This document shows positions 24,935 through 36,348 of a stretch of DNA of 64,000 nucleotides, piece after piece. The notes under the pieces were generated by a model, which saw nothing but the letters and a program-made list of their open reading frames with translations, was not told the origin of the DNA and made no database searches. Origin of the DNA: Amoebophrya sp. A120 (Eukaryota; Protista; Dinoflagellata); contig CAJINV010000001.1 of assembly GCA_905178155.1 (NCBI GenBank), positions 2,964,265-3,028,264 on the forward strand, written 5' to 3'. The first letter of the stretch is position 1. Each line of letters begins with the position of its first letter. Both the position numbers and the translations under genes were made by a program.

Positions 24935-26107
24935 CTACAACAACGTGCCAGCGTACTCCAGTTTCGCGAAAGTCCTCTGCCACCAGGGAGTCGCTTTTTC
25001 CACGTCCCGTTTTACAAAGGTGGATCCGACTTTTCTCGTCGCCAAATTCATCCACTGCACGATGAAACGGTCGCACACGGGCCGCAAAATCCTCCCCGTG
25101 AGGGATATCGACTGCGTCCGCGCGAACGACTCCACGAAAATCAAGCGCAAGTGTATGGCGTTCTCAAACGTTACATTCTTAACTGTTACATGATTTGTCA
25201 TGCGAAACTACCATGAGCCACCAGACGATCAAGCTACGTCGCATAACAAATTCCCGAAGGGCTAAACAGCGCCTAAATCTGTGCCAAATTTGTGATGCGA
25301 GAGCTGTAAGCTTGTCCCTTTCACTGCTGCGGTTCTTGCATGACAAATCCATGTAACAGTTGAGAATGTAACAGTTGAGAACGCCATAAAGTGCTGCTGC
25401 TGAGTCGCCTTACTATTTGCGGTCGCTCCTTTACAGTTGTGCAACCCGAGCATTTCGAAGAACAAGGCAGAGAAAACCACGGGAATGCAAACTCCAGGTC
25501 CGTTAACGAGTAAGAGGTGAGATTGGCGAAACACTGGAACCTTATACCATAACCAGAGGCATTGAAGACTGCTGGCAAAGGTGTTCCACGCACTGCTCAC
25601 CCAACCCTCGCCGACTTGCCGACTGCGCCGGATGCGGTACAGGTGCACGAGCTTTTTAGTGGTCGACGTGGGATCAGCATTTATTTGCTGTTCATCTACT
25701 TCAGGTTTATCTTTGCGTTTGCCGTCTATTCCCTTATTATTTCCCCTTTCGTTTATTCCATCCTGCACCACGGTAAATCCGTGGCGAGTGAGCAGTTTGA
25801 CGCAATACGGGTCGGAGCTTGTGGCGATGAAATGGAACTGAAACAGTGTGGGGTCGAAGCCGTCCACCAGCTGCAGTAGCTCCGATGTGTGCCCCCCACT
25901 GCCCAGCACCGCGACGCAATCGACTTTGTCCTTCCCGCCGGATTTTGCGCGGTTAGTTTTCGATGGTGGGAGGGGAATGCGGCCGATTTTGCAGACGCGA
26001 CGGAGGAAAAAACGACTGACGCGCAGCAGGAAAAGAAGCAGAGTGATCAGTAGCGCCGTGGCAACCGCCTTCAATTCCGTCTCGTACGAAGAGAGGTAAG
26101 ACGACAT
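24935..26107 (-). CDS. ALG14: UDP-N-acetylglucosamine transferase subunit ALG14; split by a TIR intron
   Basis: N-terminal TM segment and motifs VLGSGGHTSE, RIRRSRQVGE and LLVNGPGVCIP. After element removal it continues into IFVESFARTQSISLTGRIL...DRFIVQW. Confidence 0.95.
25154..25388. mobile_element. TIR introner, family A, 235 bp
   Basis: tatggcgttctcaa ... ttgagaacgccata; perfect TSD aagtg; in-frame stop if retained. Confidence 0.95.
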
Positions 26108-28373
26108 TGTTCTTTCGTATAATGCGATTTTCGTATTTTATTTTCTACGTTTTCAACCTGTTGCGATTGCCTCGAAAATACACGCGGTTGGACCACTGAC
26201 TTCCTGCTGTGAATTTTCTCCTCCAACGTTTAGGTAGTTTACTGAAGGAATGCCGACTATCATAAAGGTAAGTAGGCAATAGCACGTTAAAAAATGTGGA
26301 GCGTTGGTTGCTGGTGGAAACCAAAAGAGTAAGAGCACGAAAGAGATACATAGAAAATTGGTAGTGAAAAACTTGTGGGAGTGTGGACAACGATCAAGAA
26401 GCCATATATTTCGTCGTGTTTGCGTTTGATGTTCTTGATCTTCGCAACAACTGCAGATTGCGTTAGCGTTCTACTTGAACAACTACAACGACCTGTTTCG
26501 TGACAGTCTCCCCTTCGTTTTTGAAAAAGTCCGTGAACCTGAACAGGAAGATACTAGATTGAACAAAACCACTCAGGTGAAAGTAAAGTTGTTTTCTTGA
26601 AGTGAAGTTCATCTAGAGCAGCGGACACAGTGGATGAAAGCTGTTTCAAACCTCCACCAACGTCCATTTTTATTCTCTATCGAATAGTTTTAGAAACGGA
26701 TACTGGTATCGTAAGCATAAGGCTCTCCAATTCCATACAATCCAACAGTATCCTCACATAAACGGAATCAGATAGAAGAGTGAAGCCTGAAGCAAACTGT
26801 TTCGTTTGTATTTTTGCAGTCAGAAGTCATTTTCTATTTTCGCCCCTGGTAGTGGGGCGGGATTGCAACCAGCTACGTTTCGGAATTCTTAATACCGCAA
26901 AATTTCTATTCCTTCTAAATTGACGTAGTGAGTAGTAACTGTTGATTCAAACAAAGGTAAAGGTTCATTAAGGATAATTTTCAACATTGACATTCTGATT
27001 TTCATATACTTACAGCAAAGTATTCAACAAGATAGCACTGGTAGAAAAGTTCAACAGCAACAACATCGAAATCGGTACTGACTGAGACTCCGCAAGAAAT
27101 TTAGGGATAACAGTACAAGAATGAGCTTCTGCTTACTCGCCGTCCTGTTATCCTACTTCTCTTCAACTCGCCGTTCTGTCAGCCCGACACTGCATCTGCT
27201 TGAAGATGAAGGAAATATCCAGCGCCTACAGCTAAAGTGAAATAAAATAAACACTCATCATCACCTCCATTTTCACAAGATGACAGCACCGTCAATCTGC
27301 TCAATGCTTATTCTGTTTCTGTCAGCTAGTACAACTATGTAGTTTACTAGCTTTCGAAGACTGGCTGCTACAGGTGCTTCTGCTGGGCACGGTTGCAGCA
27401 CCAGCCTTCATCCATCAAACTTAGAATTTTCATTTCCGCGAGGAAGCAGCTATTGCTTCTCGCACGAAAATATTTTTTTCTTTTCCAGCTTGTATTTCTG
27501 TCTGTTTTCGTCGATAAGCTTTCAGTACAACAACGAGCTTTCATCATCCTCTACTATTCGGACTGGCTACGCAACCCCCTGCTGCGACAACGATTTTTCA
27601 TGTCGTGTAGCACGTTTTGATTCCGAAAAATAACCAATATTTCTCATGATTAACGTTAGTGCCAGGAAGCAATCCACAGCGACTCTACATTGTTCCTTTA
27701 TTCTTAAAAGGCGAGCGACGTCAACATCCAGATATACCTTTCTCACAACGTCAACATCATTGTTGAGGAGCTGCAGCTGCTTAGCATGTATCAAGATCAA
27801 CCACACTGGAACCACCTCGTTCCTGCGGCTTTAGTTTCTTTCTTCCGCCGGAAAAGCGTTTTCGTATCGCGACGACTAAGAGAGACGACGAGATACAAAC
27901 ACGACAAATCTTGCAAAACATGTGATGGAGGTGGAATAAGAGCGAAACGGAAACAGAAAACGAGATAAACGTAGTCAACAAATTGTAGAAGTACTAATAG
28001 ATTTTTTTTGTAGTTGTATTTCACGGTAAACTTTTTAACTACGACATCATTCGAAACAAATTGTACGTATCTCGGTAGTACGACGGTTCACCTTCTGCTT
28101 CTGCTCGAGCGCAGCAGGAATTCTGCCACCCTGCAGGTAGAAGAGTGATCCGCCATCTCCGAGGCAAAATTGACCAGTGCAAGACGGGTAGTACTAGTGG
28201 TTTTTCCAAAGATTAGTAGGGAAAGAGAATGGCGGAAAATCAAATTTTCCATATTTTCACACGCAATATTGGAATAAATCGCCAATGAATCATGAGGCGC
28301 CTATATCACATTTGAAAGAAATTCACATCAAAATTTAAATCTATATCGTGTAGAAGTTTTCCGTTTTCCACCA

Positions 28374-31300
28374 TCATGCCATGCAGGGGGGTAGACTGCC
28401 GAAGCTCGCGGATCTCGCAGGCGGTGTGCTGGTTGCGCGCCTGGGACTCGCAGAATGAGGATGGAGCTCGTTGTTCGTCCTGAGACCAGCCGTGAAGCTG
28501 ACTGACGAAACATTTTCGTTACCTGCTCCTGCTCCCTCGGATGCTGTACTAAGAACAGAGGAGTTAATATTTGCATTCGAGCTCGATGCGAACGCGTTGT
28601 CGTTTAACGGCGGAATCACGGCATTAGTCGGGTTCAGCGGATTCGTAAACAGAGGGATTAACGGTTGCGGCGCAGCCGGGGGCGGCGCCGCGGCACAGAC
28701 AGACGGCTGCTGCTCGAGCTGCTGGCGCTGCGAAATCAGCTGGCGGACGAGGTCATGGCTGTTGACCTCGGACCCGGAGAGTTGCCCAAGAGTTTCCGCC
28801 CAGCAGACCGAGGGGGCCGTGGACGTCGTGGTGTTAATACCCTGGTTTGTCTGTTGCTGATGCTGGTGTTCCACTGCGTTGTACATGTTGTTGTGGGCTG
28901 CAGATTGCTGGTGCCCGTTGGAAGTAGACACCAGTCCTGATCCAGCTCCGCCATTATTGAAGTTCAACTGCAGAGAAGGACAGTGCGAAAGAGGATTTTG
29001 GTTTGACGCTGTTCCGACGAAGGATTGGCTCGTCTCCATAGGAAGCGGAACGAGTTGCTGGGTCGCTGTCGTGCAGCTGGTCGTGTTAGAAATTACGCAA
29101 TTATTGTTTCCGGAACTCGCACAGGTGTCGGCCGAGACAGAGCTCAGCAAATCGCCGCCAGTTGTACTCAGTAGATGATGGGCACAACCATTCAGGTTCT
29201 GTTGCAGGATTTGTGCCGTTTGTTGTTGTTCCTGCTGGCCATTCGTTCCAGTCGTGGCACCAGCCGCCCCGACAAGCTGCAGATTCGTGGTCAAGGGCGG
29301 CATACTGGCCGCAAAGCTCGCGAGCTCCTGCAGCTGCTGCTGCGAAAGCTGCTGGGGTTGCTCTGCGTGGGGGGTACTGGCTCCCGTATTGCCCAACCCT
29401 AATGCCGTGCTGATCGTGTTGTTCGCCTGAAGCTGCTGCTGCTGCTGCTGCTCGGAAGCGGAGTTATTCGGTGTTTGCATGATGCTGTTCGCCAAAAGAG
29501 TTGTCGACGCCGGCGCCGGTTGGTTGCTGCCCGCAAGAATGCTACAGCTCGCGGTGTTCGTGGTCGTCGAAGCTGCGCAGGTTGTGGTTCCAGAAGTTGC
29601 ACCGATGCCAGTGGTGCTCGATCGTTGCAGAATTTGTTGCAAGGACGTCAAATCAATAACGTTGGTAGTTCCATCCATGCCGTTCGAAGAATTATTGCTG
29701 GACGTCGTCGTGTGAAACATCAGATCCTGTCCCAGCTGGCTTTGGTTGAAAGTCCTGTGGTTTGTTGTCCCGTTATTTGTCGTGGTGAAAAGCTGTAACC
29801 CTTGGCCTCCACCGCCTTGGTCTAGCTCGATTAACTGCTGTTGCACAGCAAGCAGCTGATCTCCTTGCACGATAGCTGGCGAAGAGTGCGCATGCGCGAA
29901 TGCTGGGGATGGCACAAGAACTGCAGCTCCAGTCGAGGAAACTACCGAGTCCAAGCCGTTCATCAGGTTTGTCGCCGGTGTCGTCGCCGTGCCGAGAAGT
30001 TGCTGCTGTAAGGCGTTGGTACTGGTGGTCGTGGTCACACCAGCAGTAGTGGTGGAAAGAGCTCCTGTGGCTCCACTTAATAGCCCACCAGGTCCTCCGA
30101 TCGCTCCGGCGCTCAAAGGGCCGACTACACCAAGAAGATCGTTGCAGCTGCCCTCGTTCGCGGCCCGCACGATGTTGTTGATCGAGGTGGTCATGTTCCC
30201 GGGCGGGTAGTTGGTCTCGTTGTCCCAATTGATTCCCAAACCGACCGTGCCTGCGGTGGAGCTGCACGCAGAGAGCGATTTGCTGTCGATCAGTGTGAAG
30301 TGTTGGTCCGAGTTCATCGAGTTGGGTGTCGCCCCGGGCCAAGCCGGCGCTCCTCTTGCGCCGTTGTTCCTCCCGCCTTGCTGGCTCCCATAGCCAGACT
30401 TTTCAAAGGAACCGTGGTGACCGTAGCCGCGCTGGAAGTTGTTGTTGTAACGGCTGTTCGATGTGTGTTGATCCCGACCGCGAGCTTGATGCTGTTGACC
30501 GCTGTGGTTCATCCCGTAGTGATTGTTTCGGTTGTTGTAATAAGCAGACCCAGAAGTATTGTTCCCAATTATGCCGCGTTTTCCGTGTTGAAGCTGGTGC
30601 CCGTGGTACGGCTGCCCGTGCTGATTATAGCCGTAGTCATTGGTACTGTTGTATTGCGAAGATGAAAGGTTGTTTCGGTGGTTGGAACTGTTGCTGCCGG
30701 TTCCGCTCCCTGCATTGTTCGCAGCTCCTGTAGCGCCTCCACCCGCATTGGAAGATGCACCGCCAGCAGAAGCAGCCCCTGCAGGCGATGCGTTCATCCA
30801 TGGCTTAGCCTTGTAGATATTCTTGGAAGATGAAATACCAGTAGCGGAGGTCGTGTTGGTGTTAGCAGTGCCGAAGTTGTCGTGCTCCCCGTCGGACGGG
30901 GAGAGCGTAGTGTCAGCCCAGGAGTAGGTGTTTGGTCCTCCAGTGGTCGTTCCCTTATTTGTTCCTGATGTACTGTTAGTTGTAGCTCCTGCTGCCCCCT
31001 TGGTCGTGTTGTTCTCGTCAGCCGTGCCCGCTGCAACTCCCGCAGCAGCTGCGGCAAAAGAGTTGTTCAAATTTCCTCCCAACAGCGAGTTGTCCAGGGC
31101 ATCAGCAGCCTCCTGGTTCATCATCTTTTTCTTCAATTCGCGCGAAGTTTCTAACGACATGTAGCCTCGGCGCCGGCCGCTGCGCCCCTCGGATTTCCGG
31201 GTCTGCACAGCGCTGGTTTCGGCAGGATCGCGGTCTACAAAGCACAAAGTCTCTTCCACAGTGGGGATAGGGCTGTTCCCGAACAGAAGCGTGCTCGGCT

Positions 31301-31379
31301 CCTCGGAGAGAAAGCTACCTGCATTTTTTGTATTGGTTTTTTGACTTGCACCACACTCACACACCATGATAAAGATAAG
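28374..31379 (-). CDS. Long N/Q/T/S/G-rich low-complexity coding region; its own gene or the distal part of the PIG-L-containing transcript
   Basis: About 1000 open codons. The first ~100 aa of ORF 28374..31679 are read from inside the 734-bp element and are probably not real. Confidence 0.7.
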   Translation of the reverse strand, partial: LIFIMVCECGASQKTNTKNAGSFLSEEPSTLLFGNSPIPTVEETLCFVDRDPAETSAVQTRKSEGRSGRRRGYMSLETSRELKKKMMNQEAADALDNSLLGGNLNNSFAAAAAGVAAGTADENNTTKGAAGATTNSTSGTNKGTTTGGPNTYSWADTTLSPSDGEHDNFGTANTNTTSATGISSSKNIYKAKPWMNASPAGAASAGGASSNAGGGATGAANNAGSGTGSNSSNHRNNLSSSQYNSTNDYGYNQHGQPYHGHQLQHGKRGIIGNNTSGSAYYNNRNNHYGMNHSGQQHQARGRDQHTSNSRYNNNFQRGYGHHGSFEKSGYGSQQGGRNNGARGAPAWPGATPNSMNSDQHFTLIDSKSLSACSSTAGTVGLGINWDNETNYPPGNMTTSINNIVRAANEGSCNDLLGVVGPLSAGAIGGPGGLLSGATGALSTTTAGVTTTTSTNALQQQLLGTATTPATNLMNGLDSVVSSTGAAVLVPSPAFAHAHSSPAIVQGDQLLAVQQQLIELDQGGGGQGLQLFTTTNNGTTNHRTFNQSQLGQDLMFHTTTSSNNSSNGMDGTTNVIDLTSLQQILQRSSTTGIGATSGTTTCAASTTTNTASCSILAGSNQPAPASTTLLANSIMQTPNNSASEQQQQQQLQANNTISTALGLGNTGASTPHAEQPQQLSQQQLQELASFAASMPPLTTNLQLVGAAGATTGTNGQQEQQQTAQILQQNLNGCAHHLLSTTGGDLLSSVSADTCASSGNNNCVISNTTSCTTATQQLVPLPMETSQSFVGTASNQNPLSHCPSLQLNFNNGGAGSGLVSTSNGHQQSAAHNNMYNAVEHQHQQQTNQGINTTTSTAPSVCWAETLGQLSGSEVNSHDLVRQLISQRQQLEQQPSVCAAAPPPAAPQPLIPLFTNPLNPTNAVIPPLNDNAFASSSNANINSSVLSTASEGAGAGNENVSSVSFTAGLRTNNELHPHSASPRRATSTPPARSASFGSLPPCMA

Positions 31380-31384
31380 TAATT

Positions 31385-32118
31385 TACCAAACGAAAAAAT
31401 GGGCCACAGCCAAACTTTCAAAATTTTGTTTTTCCGATTAAGATGACCAATGTGAGTTCTCGAGATGGAGCACTTCTGCCAGTGCGTATTTTCCCAGGCC
31501 GGGGCGAGGATCACGGGTTGGCGGGCCTGCAGATGGCCTCCACCTCCGACGTCGCACCACGGTAATATCGGCGACCTATTGAAGTCAAGTACTCTCCATC
31601 TGACCTGCCTGATGGCAAGACTATTGCTGGCTTCTCGGTCGGAACTCCAGGAGAGACATCTGGGCATCACTGAAGGCACCCCCCTTCACGGGGTGCTTTC
31701 AGGGGGTGCCCTTCGTTGCTGTGGCAGATTTTTCGGAAACGGCCATACCATCGGTGGAAGGGGTTTCCGAAAAATCGGCCACAGCAGCACAAGGCAGTCA
31801 ATTTCGTGGCACCCCTCTGTCCTGTGGCCGATTTTTCGGAAGTGGGCGGCTTCTGCAGGGAAAACGCCGAGAATCAGCTCGCATGGCCCCCCCGCCGGCG
31901 CAGCTTTTCCCAGCCGGGCAGCGCCATAACCCAACGCCCCGCCTGGCCGAGGGTTGCAGAGGATAGCGCAGAGCCGCTTTGGCTGCGGCCTGCCAACGAT
32001 TGCCGCCTACCGATATGCGCCTCTTCCACCGCGGGAATCCGTCGGCCCCGGGCCTGCGGGCCGGCCCGTCCGGGAAAAATTTTGAAAATTTGGCTGTGGC
32101 CCATTTTTTCGTTTGGTA
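31385..32118. mobile_element. 734-bp TIR element (MITE/introner, family F)
   Basis: About 43-bp TIRs taccaaacgaaaaaatgggccacagccaaactttcaaaatttt / aaaattttgaaaatttggctgtggcccattttttcgtttggta; perfect TSD taatt; internal hairpins. Confidence 0.9.
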
Positions 32119-32173
32119 TAATTGATAAGAATGAGTCACGTCCTCGCTTGTAGACAAACTGCATTCATCATCA

Positions 32174-35100
32174 TCATGTACTGGGCTCATTTTCGCTTGC
32201 GGAGTAGGCCCAGAAGTCCTTGTTTTTTTTCCCGAATTTTTTGTTGTCGATCTTGTTCTCTAAGGCCAGCCAACAATCCGTCTTCGCCGCTTTCGTTACC
32301 GCCAACGAGCCTTCATGTTTAATACATCCGGAACTACCGACACCTCCCACCTTGGAACCGATCTTGCTATCAACAACTGCACTCAACCCGCCGGCGGCGC
32401 TCTGGCCGATGGTACCGTACTTACTCGTCATTTGGGACAAAGAAGCAAGCTCCTTCGAGTTGGTTCGTTTTTTCATCTCCACATCCTGGTAGCCTCCACC
32501 ACCCCCGCAGGAGGGCAGCTTCAGTTCGCTCATTTCTTCCAGCGAAGTCGTTCCCGGCAGCACTTCCGCCATCGGCTCCAACGTCCAAGACTGCGAGTGT
32601 TTCAGCGAGGAAAAAATCCCTTTCTTGATGTCCGATTCGTCGCTACCTTTCCCGTGCTTTTTCTCGATCGGAGACCGGCGGCGCTCGATGGGGAGCTTTA
32701 ATTTGGGTCCGTCCATGATGCGGTCCGCGATCTTTTTGATGCGCGAAACACTGCTGTTCATCTTGTCGGTATCCAAATCCTCGAGGCAAGATCCATCCTC
32801 AAGCGGGTTCTCGTCGTTATTGCGGCTCAGCAATCGGTCATTTTCATCCATCTGCATTTCCATGTCATTTTTGTTGTCCTCTGCAACTTCCGGCAGCTGT
32901 TCATTTTCCGTAATGTTGATGTTTAGGAGATCATCAGCGCCCTCCGAGGTTGTAAGAGCGTCGTTTTGTTGATCCTCTTCTTTGGCTGAGCAAGACGCGT
33001 CTGCTTGCAGCTCCTTCTTACTGTTCTTCTTGTCTGAGGACTTGTCGGAGCAAAGCTTTTTCTTTTCCGCTGCAGCTTCAGTGTCTGCCACTTCCGTGTC
33101 TTCAGAAGTGCTTTTCATCGTGGTCGTGGTGGTGACGGTGGAAGAAGATCTCCCGGATGTGACTGTCGGGACAAGAGAAGTCGGTTTGGACAGCAGAGCC
33201 AGAGCCTTACTCTTTTTCGCCTTTTTACCGCTCAACTTTTTGTTCATCGTCGTGTGGACTTGTTGATTGGTGCGGCTTGCGGTTCTGCTACAACTAGTAG
33301 TACCGGTTATTTGCTGTTCTTCATCATCTTGCTCCTCCGCGACTCGATCGAGATCCTTTTTGTTCGCAACACCTCCGATTATAACCCCGCCCTGCAGATC
33401 AGCAGAACAAGAAGGCATGACGACGGCCACGGGAGCTCCTGCCACGTCAAGGATCGGCGACACGTCTTCGGTCAAATGCTCGACCAGGTCAATCAGAGAA
33501 TTTTCGTGGATCGAAGAAACGTCACCAAACTTCTCTTTCTGGATCTGCTCCCGCCGCGGAGACGCCTTCTTTTTCTCCTGCGACTGCAAAGTTTCAGTTT
33601 CCACAGTGCTGGTATCTTGACCATCCCCGTTGACCAGAGGACCACTCGGACCACGACCATTTTGGTCTTGTACTTCGCCGTCTTTGTTCAACAATACATG
33701 CTTACTCCCCGTCTTGTCCGCTGTCGTAGCCATCGTTGTGTCAACGTCGTCGAATTCCGGTTGTTGCTTCGAGGAGGTTCTCGATCGGGCCGCGGGCATC
33801 ACCGCGTGCGTACTGACGTCCGGCTGGTGGGCCGGGGTCGCTTCGAGGTCCTGTAAAACATCTTCCGCAGATGAACAATGCTTCGTAGGAGTACCACCAG
33901 TCTGTGTAGTAGTTCCCTGCTTCTCTTTTTCCGGCGACGAGGCATAAAAATTACTGTTCATCGCGTGCAGCAGTGGCCCAGCGGTGGAAGTCGAGAGCCT
34001 TTTGGTGCGATTGTGGCAGGACGCCGGGGTGAGGCCGAAGGTGTTGGTGGTGGTTATGGCTTTCTCAACTGTTACGTTCTCAACTGTAACACGATTTGTC
34101 ATGCAAAAGCAGCATCATCATCCTCACGATCAAGCTGCTCCGCATGACAAACTTGCGAAGGGCTAAACCGCGCCTAAATCTGTGCCGAATTTGTAATGCT
34201 ACAGGTGCAACCTTCCCCCTTTCCCTTCTCCCAATTTTGCATCGCAAGTTCATTTAACAGTTGAGAGTGTAACATTTGAGAACGCCATAGTGGTCGTGGT
34301 GAGGCAACTGGTATCGGTGTCCGGCATGTCCGTGGTGCTGTCGTCGGTGTTGTCGGTGCTGGAGTCGTACTGCAGCGAGCTGTCGTGCTCGTATTCGTTG
34401 ATATCATTCACGATATTGCTGTATTGCGGAACAGCAGCAGCGGCCGCACCAGGAGTTGCTGCTGGCTGAGCAGAAGCATGATCTGCAGCAGAGGCAACAT
34501 TTCCTTCGCCAGTAGCGGAAAATTCGCACGTCGACCCCGTTTTCTCGCCCCCGACGTTAGCGGGCAGTCTTTCTTCTTGGTTAGGTGATTCGTTTTTTGG
34601 TTTCCCGTGGTCACCATCGCATTTATTGTCCATGTTGTTTTCCTTCTTTTTATTTCCGATCGAGCTGTTCTGCGCCGCATTGCAGTTCTGCTCCTGGTTG
34701 TCCTCCTGAAACACTGGTGCGCCGCCCACAGTCCCGGACGACACCGCCTGCTTTGATGCACCGTCTCCGGCAAGAGATGAAGCGACGGCGTTAATCTGGC
34801 TCGTCACGCGGCCAATTGTGCTGCCATTCTTAGTAGTACCCGAAGTAGATGAGCCGGAGCCCACTTTCGAGTTCGAACGCTTGCTGTTTTTCGCAGTCGA
34901 AGTAGAAGTCGTCGAGCCCCCACGACGCCCTTGTTTGCCGCTATTGTTTGAAGACGTTGTTAGGCTCGTAGTTCCGGAAGTGTCACCGAGCGGCGGTGCC
35001 TTCAGTGACTTCTGCACGGTTTCCGCGTCAACCCAGGCCACCTTGTTCACCAGAAAATAACTGGAGAAACAGCAATACAGGTAGCGAAACCAGACCAGCT

Positions 35101-36348
35101 GGGACTTGTGGACAGCGAGAAACTTGATGAACGTGGACGGGTAATCGAATCGTGAGTAGACTTGCAAAGCCGCTTCCGTCAGTTGCTGAGAAATCGGGAG
35201 CGTGAGGGAGACTTGCTGACCGAAGCTGCTTCCAGCACCGCAGAACAAAGGGCTGTCGAGTTGTAGCTTGTGTTTGTTCGCATTTTTACTGTTCACGGCA
35301 GCCACTTTCGCAAGGGAACCAGGCTGTTCGTGGTCACCTGTTTAGGAGGTTTTTTTCCAAGTGGAGGCCGAGGCGCAAAAACTGCCAGAGACTCAAAATG
35401 TTCTAATTCTGATTGAGCAATCAACAACACTAGCCGTAGCTACGGATATCAAACTCCTGCACAAGAAGTTTTCTCATGTCTTTACCTGCCAGCGCCCGTA
35501 GCTTGTCACAATTTTCCACCACGTAGTATTCCAGCCACCCAGCGTACTTCCGCCAAATCGGCACGGTTTGCAGGAACCCGTAGTGCTTGACCGTTCCGAC
35601 CGGCCCCGTCGTCAGCAACGCCTCCACGGCACGACAACAGGCAATGTGGTCCGGGTGCGAGGAAACACCGAATTGGTCGAAGGTGAGCAGCAAATCGAGT
35701 TTCTTCCCGGCCGCGAACTTCTTGACGCTGTTGACCAACTGCAACTTATCACTCGCCGTTTTCCCCACGGAGCCATCTGCGAAGTCCCCGATCGTGCAGG
35801 AGGCGAGGTGGAGGTACTTACACGATTGCCGCAGCTCCTTCTCCCGGACGGGGCCGAGACCGTCGAAATTCCCATTGGTGACACTGTACAAGTGAATCAC
35901 GTGATTCGTTTCCAGCAAACGGATGATAGTGGGGAGAAAGAACATCACCTCGTCATCCGGATGGGCGATGATCAACCCCACGTGTTTTGGTTGCGGGGCC
36001 TGTGGAATTGTTTTCATCTCTGAAAGTGAATGTGATCGCGCTTATGTTCTTGCCCTGGTTGTAGTACTAAAACCAAACAAGAAGACGAGTCAACTACACG
36101 ACTCGTCTGCTCATGCACGAGTACTACGCTGTCATGCAACTTGTCCTTGTGCATTGAAACAAAATTACCTTTTTTCCAACCCTGGGCACCACCGCAGTCG
36201 GTGATAGAAACGATGCGGGTGGGTCGCCCGGCGACAACACATACCCGGTCCAGGAGGCCAGGAACTTGTAGAACAGGAGGAGGTTCACTACCAGCAGAAT
36301 CAACCAGGTACAGTCGCCGAAAATCTGCGAGACTGCGTCCTGAATCAT
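32174..36348 (-). CDS. PIGL: N-acetylglucosaminyl-phosphatidylinositol de-N-acetylase (PIG-L) with an apparent long low-complexity C-terminal extension
   Basis: TM exon (ORF 36124..36348); motifs IIAHPDDEVMFF, GNFDGLGPVREKEL and TFDQFGVSSHPDH. A GT-AG intron at 35338-35485 leads to HKSQLVWFRYLY..FSSY..VN. The frame stays open through element 34055-34289 to 32174. Confidence 0.85.
34055..34289. mobile_element. TIR introner, family A, 235 bp
   Basis: tatggctttctcaa ... ttgagaacgccata; perfect TSD gtggt; removal joins ORFs 34250..35305 and 32174..34102 in frame. Confidence 0.95.

Noticed and set aside
24893-25593. Short ORFs sharing peptides such as YGVLNCYILNCY, MAFSNVTFSTVT and MTNHVTVENVTFENAI
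   Set aside because: These are translations of the family A TIR in different frames, not a protein family.
26846-26920. Minus-strand ggttgcaatcccgccccactacca resembling a tRNA T-arm and 3' end
   Set aside because: No TTC loop, no matching acceptor-stem 5' half and no convincing D-arm.
28301-28347. ctatatc direct repeat 40 nt apart
   Set aside because: No inverted termini and no flanking reading frame to restore.
24935-36348. ALG14 and PIG-L close together as a glycosylation cluster
   Set aside because: Only two genes from different pathways; chance adjacency is sufficient.
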